From: an uncultured Acidobacteriota bacterium
GTDB lineage: Bacteria > Acidobacteriota > Thermoanaerobaculia > Gp7-AA8
Length of the DNA: 64,000 nucleotides
Direction: 5' to 3'
NCBI GenBank assembly: GCA_963741955.1
Contig: CAVUKB010000007.1
Span: forward strand, 448,001-512,000
Part shown: positions 38,572-48,617 of the stretch, one piece after another
Position numbering within the stretch: position 1 is the stretch's first letter
Layout: every line of letters starts with the position of its first letter
Notes under the pieces: model-generated
The model's input: only the letters and a program-made list of their open reading frames with translations
Database searches by the model: none
What the model was told of the DNA's origin: nothing
Made by a program: the position numbers and the translations under genes

Positions 38572-39140
38572 ATGCTGGTGCGCTATGTGTACGACGATCT
38601 TCGCGTCACGTGTCACGGGAGGCTGCCTCCCTACGACGCGCGTCTCGGTCTCTATTTCATCACCGCGCGGCTCGCGGATTCCCTCCCGCGTCACGTCGAA
38701 GAACGTCTGAACGCGAAGCGAACGGAGATGTTGCGCAGCGCGGACAGAACCGATCCCGACGCAAACATTGCGATCAATCGCCGGATTCGATTTCTGGCGG
38801 AGAAGGAGCTCGACCGCGGTGCCGGATCCTGTTATCTCCGGCGGGACGACGTCGCTGCCCTCGTTCTGAGCGCCCTCCGCTTTTTCGATGAGATCCGGTA
38901 CCGGCTTCTCGTCTGGTCGATCATGCCCAGCCATTTCCACGTGATCCTCAGGCTCCTCGGCGATTCACGACTCGCCGCCGTTCTTCAGTCGCTGCAATCG
39001 TATTCATCACACGAGATCGGTCGACTCCCCGGTTGCTCCGAGTTTCGATGGCAAAAGGGGTGCTACGACAGCGTGATGCGGGACTCGCGCGGCAGCTCGA
39101 GCGCGCAGCGCGCTACGTCCCCGACAATCCGGCGAAAGCC
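38572..39140 (+). pseudogene. REP-associated tyrosine transposase (RAYT/TnpA-REP), degraded
   Basis: YFITARLADSLP, WSIMPSHFH (HUH), WQKGCYD, then a frameshift to RAARYVPDNPAKA. Confidence 0.8.
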
Positions 39141-39275
39141 GCATCGCCAGTTCGCGCTGGACCGGCTGCAACGAATCCGCTCTCGCGGCCGAGCTTTCCG
39201 GTTGGGCCTCTCCAGTCCCGGCGCGGCTGGCGTCGAAGTGAACGCGCGCAGACTCGGGATAGAATCGGGAGCGCC

Positions 39276-39596
39276 ATGACGAAGAAATCGCTGCTGATCT
39301 CACTTCTGATTCTCGTCGCCGCCACCATCGTCGCCTGCAACCGCGAGCAGAAACCGCCGGAGAACGAGAAGACGTATCCGATGGTCGGTGTGATCGTCGG
39401 CCGGACACCCCAGAGCAATGAACTGATCATCCAGCACGAGAAGATCGAGGGCCTGATGGAGGGGATGACCATGCCCTTCCGGGTCGAAGGTGCGGACGTG
39501 AAGGACCTCCCGCCCGACGGGAGCAAAATTCACGCGACGCTCCACAAGACCGATCGGGCGATCTGGGTCTCGGATGTTCAGAAAGTGCAGAAGTGA
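39276..39596 (+). CDS. CusF-like copper-binding lipoprotein
   Basis: Lipobox IVAC; IQHEKIEGLMEGMTMPF. Confidence 0.8.
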   Translation: MTKKSLLISLLILVAATIVACNREQKPPENEKTYPMVGVIVGRTPQSNELIIQHEKIEGLMEGMTMPFRVEGADVKDLPPDGSKIHATLHKTDRAIWVSDVQKVQK

Positions 39597-39747
39597 CCCT
39601 CACCCCGCCCAATCGCGGAAGGCGGAAATCGGACACGTCGCCGTGAGCCGAGACAATTCGGACTCGAGGGTCCGAGTTTCCCGGCACCATCGGCGTCGGA
39701 CGGCCCGAACGGGGTCACTCTGTTGAGCCCCGCCGTCGGGCGGGAGT

Positions 39748-40419
39748 TCAGTTCCTCTGGCCCCGCCGGTTCACGATCGACATGAATTCCTGACGGGTAC
39801 GCTCGTCACTGAGGAACGCTCCGCGGAGGACGTTCGTCTCCATGAACGACGATTCCTGCTCCACCCCGCGCATCACCATGCAGAGGTGGGTTCCCCCCAT
39901 CCAGACCGCCAGGCCTCGCGGCTCGAGAATCTTCTCGATCGTGTCGGCCACGTCGTGTGCGAGATGTTCCTGGCTCTGGAGCTTCCGCATGTGCACCTCG
40001 ACGATTCGCGGAATCTTCGAGGCTCCGATGATCACTTTCTCGGGAATGTAGCCGACGATGAAATGACCGAAGAAGGGGAGGATGTGGTGCGCGCAGAGTG
40101 TCTTGTACGTGCCCCCGATGACGACCAGGTTCTGGCAGTTGTGGTCGGCGACCGTGCAGGCCTGACGGAACAGGGTCGTGAGGCGCCCCACGTCCGTGAA
40201 GTCATACCCGCTGGTCATGTTCACCAGTGAGGTGGCCCACCTTCGTGGCGTGTCGCGGAGATTCTCGTTCTCCAGATCGACGTGAAGCAGCCGCAGGACC
40301 TCTCGAAGATGCCGCTCGAGCTCGACGCTGTCGACGCTCGGCCTCGGACCGACCAGCAGGCCCCGGTCGTCCACCACCGCTTCGATTTCCTTCTGGATGA
40401 TCTCTCCCGATTTTCCCAT
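39748..40419 (-). CDS. folE: GTP cyclohydrolase I
   Basis: DTPRR, LCAHHILPFFG, GASKIPR, LQSQE, HLCMVMRGV. Confidence 0.92.
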   Translation of the reverse strand: MGKSGEIIQKEIEAVVDDRGLLVGPRPSVDSVELERHLREVLRLLHVDLENENLRDTPRRWATSLVNMTSGYDFTDVGRLTTLFRQACTVADHNCQNLVVIGGTYKTLCAHHILPFFGHFIVGYIPEKVIIGASKIPRIVEVHMRKLQSQEHLAHDVADTIEKILEPRGLAVWMGGTHLCMVMRGVEQESSFMETNVLRGAFLSDERTRQEFMSIVNRRGQRN

Positions 40420-40506
40420 CGGATCTCCTTCGCCTTCCGGTCACTTCAATACATATTCGATTCCGGAGAGACAAATCCAGTTGCAGCAGCGATTTTGCAT
40501 TTCGTA

Positions 40507-40536
40507 TTGACAACTGAATGAGCGTTCATTCAGAAT
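40507..40536 (+). promoter_or_regulatory. Promoter with palindromic operator upstream of the acyl-CoA dehydrogenase
   Basis: TTGACA at 40507, palindrome TGAATGA-GCGT-TCATTCA at 40515-40532, CAGAAT at 40531. Confidence 0.65.
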
Positions 40537-40681
40537 GGAGGATCAACGCCGCGTATGGAGCGCACTCTCAGGCCGGGTTCGAGGTGCATCCGTCCGACGA
40601 CGCACTTTCTGTTCGGGCCGGGACGGTGAGGAGGCGATCGGCATCGCGATCGCAGGATTCACCGCGGCAAAGGAGTCGATC

Positions 40682-42577
40682 ATGGCAGAAGTCAGAACCA
40701 AGGGCGCAGAAGAGGCGATGGATGTCGCCGAGTCGAGCCGGCAGACCGAATGGGAGAAGCCTTCGTTCGTCGGCGATCTCTTCATCGGGAAGTTCAATCT
40801 CGATCTGATTCATCCCTATCCCGAGCAGTCGGCGGCCGATGAAGCGGAGGCGAAGGACTACCTCGACCGGCTCGAGCGCTTCCTCTCCGAGCATGTGGAC
40901 GCCGAGGAGATCGACCGTACGGGAGAGTACCCGCAGTCGGTCCGGGACGGATTCACGAAGCTCGGCGCCTGGGGGATGAAGATCCCGAAAGAGTACGGCG
41001 GCCTCGGATTCAGCTCGACCAACTACATGAAGGCGATCAGTCTGGTCTCCACCTGGTGCGGATCGTCGGTGGCGTGGCTCTCGGCCCATCAGTCGATCGG
41101 AGTGCCGCAGCCATTGAAGCTTTTCGGTACCGAGGAGCAGAAGAAGAAGTGGCTGCCGCGCTGCGCGAAGGGCGCCGTGTCGGCCTTCGCTCTGACGGAG
41201 CCGGACGTCGGTTCGGATCCCGCGAAGATGAAGACCACTGCGGTGAAGTCGCCGGATGGAAAGGGATGGATCATCAACGGCGAAAAGCTCTGGTGCACGA
41301 ATGGGACGGCTGCCGAAGTCATCCTGGTGATGGCGCAGACGCCGCCGAAGATCGTCAAGGGAAAAGAGAAGAAGCAGATTACGGCATTCGTCGTCGAGGC
41401 GAGTTCACCAGGGTTCGAAGTGGTCCACCGCTGCCATTTCATGGGGTTGCACGGCATCAGCAATGCGCTTCTCCGCTTCAAGGACGTGTATGTCCCGAAC
41501 GAGAATCTCATCTGGGGAGAGGGGCTGGGGCTCAAGCTCGCGCTGATCACGCTCAACACCGGACGTCTGACCATTCCGGCGGGCTGCGCGGCGGCGGGGC
41601 GGAAGTCGCTGGAGATCGTGCGCGATTGGGCGAACGAGCGGGTCCAGTGGGGGATGCCGATCGGACGTCACGACGCGATCGCGCAGAAGATCGCCTGGAT
41701 GTCGTCGCACACGTTCGCGATGGAAGCGATCGTCTGGCTCACCTCGGGATTGACGGACCGTGGTGACGTCGATCTGAGGCTCGAGGCGGCGATGGCGAAG
41801 CTCTTCAACTCCGAGATCTCCTGGCAGATCGTGGACGATCTGATGCAGATCCGGGGCGGTCGCGGATACGAGACCGCCGGTTCGCTCAAGGCGCGAGGCG
41901 AGAAGCCTTACCCGGTGGAGCGGATCATGCGCGACATGCGCATCAACAGGATCTTCGAAGGGACCAGCGAGATCCAGCACCTCTTCATCGCACGTGAAGC
42001 GGTCGACCCGCACATGAAGCGTGCAGGGGTGATTCTCCAGCCTCATGCCCCGATGGGCGAGAAGGCCACTGCCGCGGCGAAGGCCGGAGCCCACTACGCG
42101 TGGTGGTACCCGTCCCTCTTCGCCGGCTGGAGCCGTGCTCCGAAGTACGGGGAGTTCGGCCGGCTCGCGAAGCACATCGGCTACATCGACCGTACCTCGA
42201 AGCGTCTGGCGCGCAACATCTTCCACGCCATGATGCGCTATCAGGCGAAGCTCGAGCGGAAGCAGTCGGTCCTCTTCCGGATCGTCGACGTCGGAACGGA
42301 GATCTTCGCGATGTCGGCTGCCTGCAGCTATGCCGTGATGCTCAGGAAAAACGGCAACAAGAGCGCCATGAAACTCGCTGACCACTTCTGCCGCGAATCG
42401 CGTGTCCGAATCGAACAGGCGTTCGACCGCCTCTTCGACAACTTCGACGACTTCTCCTACAAGGTCGCGAAAGAAATGCTCGAAGGAGAGTACGAATGGC
42501 TGGAAGGACGTCTGGTGCACGGGATGACACCGACGCCCGAGCTGGTCGAGCAGATGGTCGCGGAGATGGAAAAGTAG
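40682..42577 (+). CDS. Acyl-CoA dehydrogenase family protein (long type)
   Basis: AAGGAG RBS; IPKEYGGLG, AFALTEPDVGSD, NGEKLWCTNG, QIRGGRGY, RIFEGTSEI. Confidence 0.93.
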   Translation: MAEVRTKGAEEAMDVAESSRQTEWEKPSFVGDLFIGKFNLDLIHPYPEQSAADEAEAKDYLDRLERFLSEHVDAEEIDRTGEYPQSVRDGFTKLGAWGMKIPKEYGGLGFSSTNYMKAISLVSTWCGSSVAWLSAHQSIGVPQPLKLFGTEEQKKKWLPRCAKGAVSAFALTEPDVGSDPAKMKTTAVKSPDGKGWIINGEKLWCTNGTAAEVILVMAQTPPKIVKGKEKKQITAFVVEASSPGFEVVHRCHFMGLHGISNALLRFKDVYVPNENLIWGEGLGLKLALITLNTGRLTIPAGCAAAGRKSLEIVRDWANERVQWGMPIGRHDAIAQKIAWMSSHTFAMEAIVWLTSGLTDRGDVDLRLEAAMAKLFNSEISWQIVDDLMQIRGGRGYETAGSLKARGEKPYPVERIMRDMRINRIFEGTSEIQHLFIAREAVDPHMKRAGVILQPHAPMGEKATAAAKAGAHYAWWYPSLFAGWSRAPKYGEFGRLAKHIGYIDRTSKRLARNIFHAMMRYQAKLERKQSVLFRIVDVGTEIFAMSAACSYAVMLRKNGNKSAMKLADHFCRESRVRIEQAFDRLFDNFDDFSYKVAKEMLEGEYEWLEGRLVHGMTPTPELVEQMVAEMEK

Positions 42578-42918
42578 AATCGCGCGATTGAACGAATCTT
42601 CTGTCGCCCGGACGGTCCTCGCGGAAGTGCGAGAGAGCCGTCCGGGCGATTTCTTCATTCGTGCGCGATTGGAATTGTGCAATGTCCGGAGAGTCGGACG
42701 ACGATTCCGGTCAGCCCGCATTTCTCACAATCGTCTCCTCAGCAGAGACGATTGTGGGAAATGCGGGTCAGGGCCTCCGTCGATCTTTCCTTGCCGGCAG
42801 CCGACGGAGGTCCGGGAAGCGACTCTCATAACCCTCGCAGAATTGGTGAACGATCGTTGAGATAATCACGGGCTGAATCGGAGGCGCGTCCGGTGACCGG
42901 ACGTCGTACACTTGAGCC

Positions 42919-44610
42919 GTGCACCGGAATTTGACTCTGGTCAGTCGCGCCGACCGTGTCGTCGCGGTCGCCCGTGTCGTGCTCGGCTTCGCTTCGCTCG
43001 CGGCGGTGTGGGTCGATCCGTCGGAGCCCGCGAAATTCACACCGTTCACTTACGGCGTGATACTCCTCTACAGTTTGTACGCCGGAGGCGTCGCCTTCTT
43101 CGCATTTCGAACGCCGAGGCAGGTGACGTTCTGGCCGATGACGAGCCACGTGATCGACGTCGCGGTCTTTTCCCTCCTGGCGTATCTCACTGAAGGCCCT
43201 ACCAGTCCCTTCTTCCTCTACTTCGTCTTCGCGCTCTTCTGCGCGACGATCCGTTTCGACGTGAGAACGACCCTTTGGACCGCGGCCGCGGCGATCATCG
43301 TCTTCGTCGGACTCGGAATGTGGGCCGCGCACGTGCTCAAGGATCCGGTGTTTTACTCCAATCGCTTCATCGTTCGAGGCGTCTATCTGGTGGTACTCGC
43401 TTCCCTGGTGGTGTACCAGGCCCGATATCAGGCGAGCATCCGGGCAGACCTCTCGGGGATCGCAGCGTGGCCGGTTGCGGCAGGGTTCAGCGAAAAGGAG
43501 GCGGTACGGGACGGACTCGCGCGGATCGCGGGGATCCTGAGATCGCCTCGGGTTGCCGCCTACTGGGAGCGGCCGGGCGAGCGCCAGCTTGCGATCGGTC
43601 GGAAAGAAGCAGGTGAGTTTCAGTGCGTCCACGCGTTCAGCGACGCTGCCGATTGTTTTGCCGATACGGCGCGCGGATGGCGGAATTTCGTCGCCGCGAC
43701 TCCCGGACCGATTCTCGTACAGCAGATGGATGGGGAGATCGTCTGGACCGACAATCACCCGCTCACCGAAGAGGCGCGTGCCACCCTATCGGCAGCGACA
43801 CTCCTCGCGACGACGTTCGTCGGAGAGACGGTGCGCGGTCGGTTGTTCGTCTGCGACCGCCGCGATCTCGCGAGCGATGACCTCGTTCTCGCCGAGATCG
43901 TGGGGGCGTTGTTCGCCCGGAATCTCGACCAGGTGCACCACGCGACTCTGGTCACCTCTTCCGCGGTGACGGAAGAACGATTCCGCCTCGGGCGCGATCT
44001 TCACGACTCACTTCTTCAATCACTCACCGGAGCGGCGCTGCAGCTTCAGTCCGTGCAGCGGATGATGATCAGAGATCCGGAGGGGGCCCAGGTGCGACTC
44101 GGCGAGGTCCAGTCGGCGCTCGCACGCGATCAGCGCGAATTGCGGGGCGTGGTCGAAGCACTCCAGTCGCCTGACGAAGCAACCCTTCCCGCACGTCTTC
44201 CGGATCGTCTGGCGGGGTTGGTGGACCGCTTTCGCGAATCGTGGGGTCTCGGTGTGGTGATGAATGTCGATCCCGCCGTGGTACTCGCTCCTGCGATCAT
44301 CCAGCACGAGATCTACGGCCTCGTGAGCGAGGCCGTCGCGAATGCGGCACGACATGCAGAAGCCAGCGCAGTGACGGTCACGGTGGCGGTGATCAGCGAT
44401 CGGATCGAGATCGGGATCGGCGACGACGGAAGAGGATTCTCCTTTCAGGGGACATATCGCCTGGTGGACCTGATCCGCATGAGGCGAGGTCCGGTCACGT
44501 TGAAAGAACGAGTCATTTCGCTCGGTGGAGACATGACTCTCGACTCGAGCGGAACCGGCGCCCGTCTCGAAATCACTCTCCCTCTGAGAAGAGATGGAGC
44601 GCGGACATGA
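42919..44610 (+). CDS. Membrane sensor histidine kinase (HisKA_3/NarX-like)
   Basis: N-terminal TM helices; ERFRLGRDLHDSLLQ; EAVANAARHA; DDGRGF. Confidence 0.9.
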   Translation: MHRNLTLVSRADRVVAVARVVLGFASLAAVWVDPSEPAKFTPFTYGVILLYSLYAGGVAFFAFRTPRQVTFWPMTSHVIDVAVFSLLAYLTEGPTSPFFLYFVFALFCATIRFDVRTTLWTAAAAIIVFVGLGMWAAHVLKDPVFYSNRFIVRGVYLVVLASLVVYQARYQASIRADLSGIAAWPVAAGFSEKEAVRDGLARIAGILRSPRVAAYWERPGERQLAIGRKEAGEFQCVHAFSDAADCFADTARGWRNFVAATPGPILVQQMDGEIVWTDNHPLTEEARATLSAATLLATTFVGETVRGRLFVCDRRDLASDDLVLAEIVGALFARNLDQVHHATLVTSSAVTEERFRLGRDLHDSLLQSLTGAALQLQSVQRMMIRDPEGAQVRLGEVQSALARDQRELRGVVEALQSPDEATLPARLPDRLAGLVDRFRESWGLGVVMNVDPAVVLAPAIIQHEIYGLVSEAVANAARHAEASAVTVTVAVISDRIEIGIGDDGRGFSFQGTYRLVDLIRMRRGPVTLKERVISLGGDMTLDSSGTGARLEITLPLRRDGART

Positions 44611-45275
44611 GCATCAGGATCGTCATCGCCGATGACCACCAGGTCGTCCTGAAAGGGCTGGTGCAGTATTTTCTGGAGGAACCGGATTTCGAGGTGGTCG
44701 CCGAATGCAGGAACGGCGAGGAAGCTCTCGAGGCGGTGCGGAGGTTCCGGCCGGACGTACTGGTGCTCGATCTGCGCATGCCGGGAAAAGACGGACTCCA
44801 GGTGCTGCGCGAGCTCCGCGAAGAGGAGAAGCGGCCCGCGACGGTTCTCCTCACCGGTAACGTCGCCGACGACGACGTCGTCGAGGCAATGCATCTCGGA
44901 GTGGCAGGAGTAGTCCTGAAAGAGATGGCGCCTGCGCTGCTCATCCAGTGCGTCAGGAAAGTGCATTCGGGCGGAACCTGGATCGAGAAGGAATCCATCT
45001 CCCGGGCCATCGAGAAGATCATGCGGAAGGAGAGCGTTCTGCAGCAGATGCATGCTCTTCTGACTCCACGGGAGCTGGAGATCGTGATCGAAGTGGCAGC
45101 GGGTGGGTCGAATCAGGAGATCGCCCGGAAGCTCTTCATCTCAGAAGGCACCGTGAAGACCCATCTGCATTCGATCTACGAAAAGCTGAATCTGAAGGGG
45201 CGGATGCAGCTTCTGCTCTTCGCCCGTGAGCAGGGCCTGGTTGCATCCTCACGCTCGGGTAGCAGCGGTTCGTGA
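44607..45275 (+). CDS. NarL/LuxR family response regulator
   Basis: IADDH, VLDLRMP, LTPRELEI...SNQEIARKLFISEGTVKTH. Confidence 0.95.
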   Translation: MSIRIVIADDHQVVLKGLVQYFLEEPDFEVVAECRNGEEALEAVRRFRPDVLVLDLRMPGKDGLQVLRELREEEKRPATVLLTGNVADDDVVEAMHLGVAGVVLKEMAPALLIQCVRKVHSGGTWIEKESISRAIEKIMRKESVLQQMHALLTPRELEIVIEVAAGGSNQEIARKLFISEGTVKTHLHSIYEKLNLKGRMQLLLFAREQGLVASSRSGSSGS

Positions 45276-45616
45276 GATCGGATTTCCGCTTTCTCTCCTG
45301 ATTTCCTCCTCTGATTCCGCCGTCAGGTCGGGATCGCAATCCTCCTGGCCACTTCCTTTGCCGGAAAAGACTCGGGTCACCTCCAGAATATATCGAAAGT
45401 ATTGGGAAGATCTATCTGCCGGTAGATGGGCCACGCTTCCACCGCATCTACACTTCCAGCATCGACTGAAGGCACCAGCAGTGAATCCGGAGTCGACGCA
45501 GCGCTGAACGATGCACTTCGTGCCTCCCCCGGTTTCAAGCCGCTGTGAGCTGGTTGGATTTGGCCCGTACCTGCAGATTGATGATGTCCGGAGTGGACAC
45601 TCAGAAGGAGAATCGA

Positions 45617-46369
45617 ATGAGCACCAACGTCAGAAAATTCGGGATCGTGATCACTCTTCTGTTGCTGGCGATCGCGCCGATGGCAATGGGAGCGAGGAAC
45701 AGCGGCGCGACCGCCGTCACCTATACCGGGCAGGGATTCATCGCCGACGGATTCGGAGGCTATGATCTCGAGACGGAGCTCTGCGGCATCGCGAACGGAG
45801 CAGACGCGGAAGGCCCTTACCTTCTGTGGGTTCTCACCGCGACCGGATCCGAACATGCGTACATCACCGGTCCCTGGGGAACCGAGGAGATGACGAAATA
45901 CGGCAACGGTACGTTCAAGTACATCAGCAACTGGTACGACCCGGACACGCTGCCCGGGAATGTGAGCGCCACCTACGACCAGCCGAAGAACGCACAGCTG
46001 ACGGTCAGCCACGGGTGCCGCCCATATACGAATGGAGCGTGGTGCTCGCCTGGATTCTGGAGAAACGCGAAGGCCGAGGCCTGGGCGCTGACAGGGTACA
46101 GCAGCTCGGACCTGTTCAACGACACCGTATACGACTATTTCTACGGCGCCACATTCTTCGCAGGCCCTACCCTCTCGACGGTGCTGAACAATGCTCCGAC
46201 GTACAGCGGCCCTCCTCTGGCGGGAACCAGCGGGTACCCGTTGAACGCATTCAACGCGACCGGGGCGTTCCTGACCAACAACATTCCAGGCTATCAGTTC
46301 GACCTCGATATGTACGTCAGCTCCTCCGAACAGTGTCCGATCGATAACCACGGCAACTTCAAGCAGTAA
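45617..46369 (+). CDS. Secreted hypothetical protein
   Basis: AAGGAG RBS; signal peptide; CSPGFWRN motif; followed by a terminator-like hairpin. Confidence 0.8.
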   Translation: MSTNVRKFGIVITLLLLAIAPMAMGARNSGATAVTYTGQGFIADGFGGYDLETELCGIANGADAEGPYLLWVLTATGSEHAYITGPWGTEEMTKYGNGTFKYISNWYDPDTLPGNVSATYDQPKNAQLTVSHGCRPYTNGAWCSPGFWRNAKAEAWALTGYSSSDLFNDTVYDYFYGATFFAGPTLSTVLNNAPTYSGPPLAGTSGYPLNAFNATGAFLTNNIPGYQFDLDMYVSSSEQCPIDNHGNFKQ

Positions 46370-46402
46370 TCGCGCAGCTCTGAACTGTCGTCTCTCTTTC
46401 GC

Positions 46403-46435
46403 GGGGCCCCGTTCGCGGGGCCCCCTCTCGTTTTT
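46403..46435 (+). terminator. Rho-independent terminator candidate
   Basis: GGGGCCCCG-TTCG-CGGGGCCCC followed by a T-run. Confidence 0.65.
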
Positions 46436-46476
46436 CCCCCCTGTCCCGTTTCGGCGTCACGGCGGCATCGACTACC

Positions 46477-47802
46477 ATGCGCCGGATGCGTGGTGCAGTC
46501 ATTCGTTCGCCGGGATTGCGCGCGTCGCGCATTCCGATGCAGCGGAACGAGCTCCTTTCCCTCCTCGGCCGTCCGGGATCGGCGGGGATCGAAGGATGGT
46601 CGGAGGAGGGGCTCTGGCGCGTCTTCCTCCCCTGGCCCCGCGAGATCGTCGAGATCCCGTGGAGGGACGCCACGTCGTGGCCCTCCGTGGTCGGAGCTCT
46701 GGATCGCGGACCGATTTCGGCTCCTTCCATCCCGGAAGAGTGTCCGTTCATCGGAGGGTGGGTCGGCTACATCTCGTATGAAGCGGCAGCGGAGCTCGAC
46801 GCTGCTGCGCCACGAGAGACGCCGCCGCCCGAGCCGCCTGCGTGGTTCGCATTCCACGATTCGGGAGTTGCGATCTCGCCTGGAGGGAGGAGCTGGTTCT
46901 TCGGTGCGGCGGACGACGAGCTTGCGCGGAACACGAGCTCCCCCGGCAGAACCATCCGGAATCTGCGATGCAGAGAATTCTCCGAGTCACTCGGACAGAG
47001 CGGATTCGAAGCTTCGGTGCAGCTGATCCGCGACCAGATCTCGAATGGCAACGTCTATCAGGTGAATCTCACGCAGCGATTCGAAGGTCTTGGGGATGTG
47101 GACGGAGCGACGCTCTACGAGGCACTGACCGCGCCGGAGCCACCCCGACGGAGCGCGCTCCTCATCGGAGACGACTGGTCCATTGCCAGCGCGTCTCCCG
47201 AGATTCTCCTCCGCTTCGATCGGCGCCGGGGAATCGCCGATTCGTGCCCGATCAAGGGGACCGTCCGGCGGAGCGGAAACGATGGGGCCGATCGCGAATG
47301 CCTTCTCTCCAGCGCGAAAGATGCAGCCGAGCATCTGATGATCGTCGACCTGGTCCGGAACGACCTGGGGCGCATCGCGCGTCCCGGAAGAGTCACCGTT
47401 CCGGAGTTCCGTTCTCTCCTGAGGCTCGAGCACGTGTTTCATCTCGAGTCCGTAGTCCGCGCCAGCGGGCTTCGCGACGTTCCTCTCGCCGAGATCCTCC
47501 GGGCGCTCCTTCCCGCCGGATCGATCACCGGCGCACCGAAGCGGGCCGCGATCGACCTGATCCGGAGAATCGAACCGGTTCCGCGCGGCGTCTACACCGG
47601 CGCGATCGGGTTCGTCGATCTCCGGGGTCGCACGGAGCTGAGCGTCGCGATCCGAACCGCGGTGACGTCGAAGGACCACGTCCGATACCATGCGGGTGGT
47701 GGAATCGTGTGGGACTCCGACCCCGCCTCGGAATACAGGGAAGCGGAGGCCAAGTCCGTGGCGTTTCTCCGCTTTCTCGGAAAAGAGAGGTGTGAGAGGT
47801 GA
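46477..47802 (+). CDS. pabB: Aminodeoxychorismate synthase component I / anthranilate synthase I family
   Basis: YQVNL, SASPE, PIKGT, AEHLMIVDLVRNDLG, GSITGAPK, GVYTGAIG; start may be 46537. Confidence 0.85.
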   Translation: MRRMRGAVIRSPGLRASRIPMQRNELLSLLGRPGSAGIEGWSEEGLWRVFLPWPREIVEIPWRDATSWPSVVGALDRGPISAPSIPEECPFIGGWVGYISYEAAAELDAAAPRETPPPEPPAWFAFHDSGVAISPGGRSWFFGAADDELARNTSSPGRTIRNLRCREFSESLGQSGFEASVQLIRDQISNGNVYQVNLTQRFEGLGDVDGATLYEALTAPEPPRRSALLIGDDWSIASASPEILLRFDRRRGIADSCPIKGTVRRSGNDGADRECLLSSAKDAAEHLMIVDLVRNDLGRIARPGRVTVPEFRSLLRLEHVFHLESVVRASGLRDVPLAEILRALLPAGSITGAPKRAAIDLIRRIEPVPRGVYTGAIGFVDLRGRTELSVAIRTAVTSKDHVRYHAGGGIVWDSDPASEYREAEAKSVAFLRFLGKERCER

Positions 47803-48617
47803 AGCAGCTGGTTCTCGCGCCGGATGCGCCGGCGGTCCAATATGGCGCAGGACTCTTCGAGACCATTCTCGTGGTGCGCGGTCTTCCTCTTCTCCTCGGC
47901 GCGCATCTGGATCGCCTGACGGCCGCGATCCGCGAGCTCGAGCTCCCGCCGGTCTCACTCTCGGAGATGGTGGAGGCGATCGAACCCGCCCTGGTCTCGA
48001 TCGGCGCTGCGCCGGAGGCAGTGCTCAGGATTGCGTACCTCGCGATCGACCGCGATCTCGACGAGCGTGCGTCGTGGAGGCTGGTCACCTCTTATGGGCC
48101 GGTGGCTCCGGAGATTCTCGCCCGGCGCAGATACGGGCGGGTTGTGCTGCTCGATCCGTCCTTCCGCCGCGGCCTCGCGCATCTGAAGACCACATCCTAT
48201 TTTCCCGCCGTGATCGCTCTCCGGAAAGCGAGAGCGGCCGGAGCGGATGAAGGTCTCTTCACCGATGCGCGCGGCCGGATCCTGGAAGGGACGACGACGA
48301 ATGTCTTCGCGATCGATGGCGAGGCTCTGATCACTCCTCCTGCGGGGTCAGGTCTCCTGAATGGAGTGACCCGGCAGTGGACCATCGATTGTGCCCGGCG
48401 TCTGGGCATCCGGATCCGAGAGCGCTCACTCTCCGGTGACGATCTTCTGGGCGGCTCGTTTCTCACCGGGAGTCTCACCCGGCTGGTTCCGATCCGCAGG
48501 GTCGACGGCGAAAAGAGCAATCCACCGGGAAAGATCTTCGACCTGATCCGGCGGATCTTCGATCGCGAGGTCGTGGAAGGAGAGTCCGGCGAGTTGCCGG
48601 ACTCCGCGTCAGACTGA
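47799..48617 (+). CDS. pabC: Aminotransferase class IV (4-amino-4-deoxychorismate lyase-like)
   Basis: YGAGLFET, HLDRL, HLKTTSY, EGTTTNVF, LNGVTR; coupled to pabB. Confidence 0.8.
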   Translation: MKQLVLAPDAPAVQYGAGLFETILVVRGLPLLLGAHLDRLTAAIRELELPPVSLSEMVEAIEPALVSIGAAPEAVLRIAYLAIDRDLDERASWRLVTSYGPVAPEILARRRYGRVVLLDPSFRRGLAHLKTTSYFPAVIALRKARAAGADEGLFTDARGRILEGTTTNVFAIDGEALITPPAGSGLLNGVTRQWTIDCARRLGIRIRERSLSGDDLLGGSFLTGSLTRLVPIRRVDGEKSNPPGKIFDLIRRIFDREVVEGESGELPDSASD

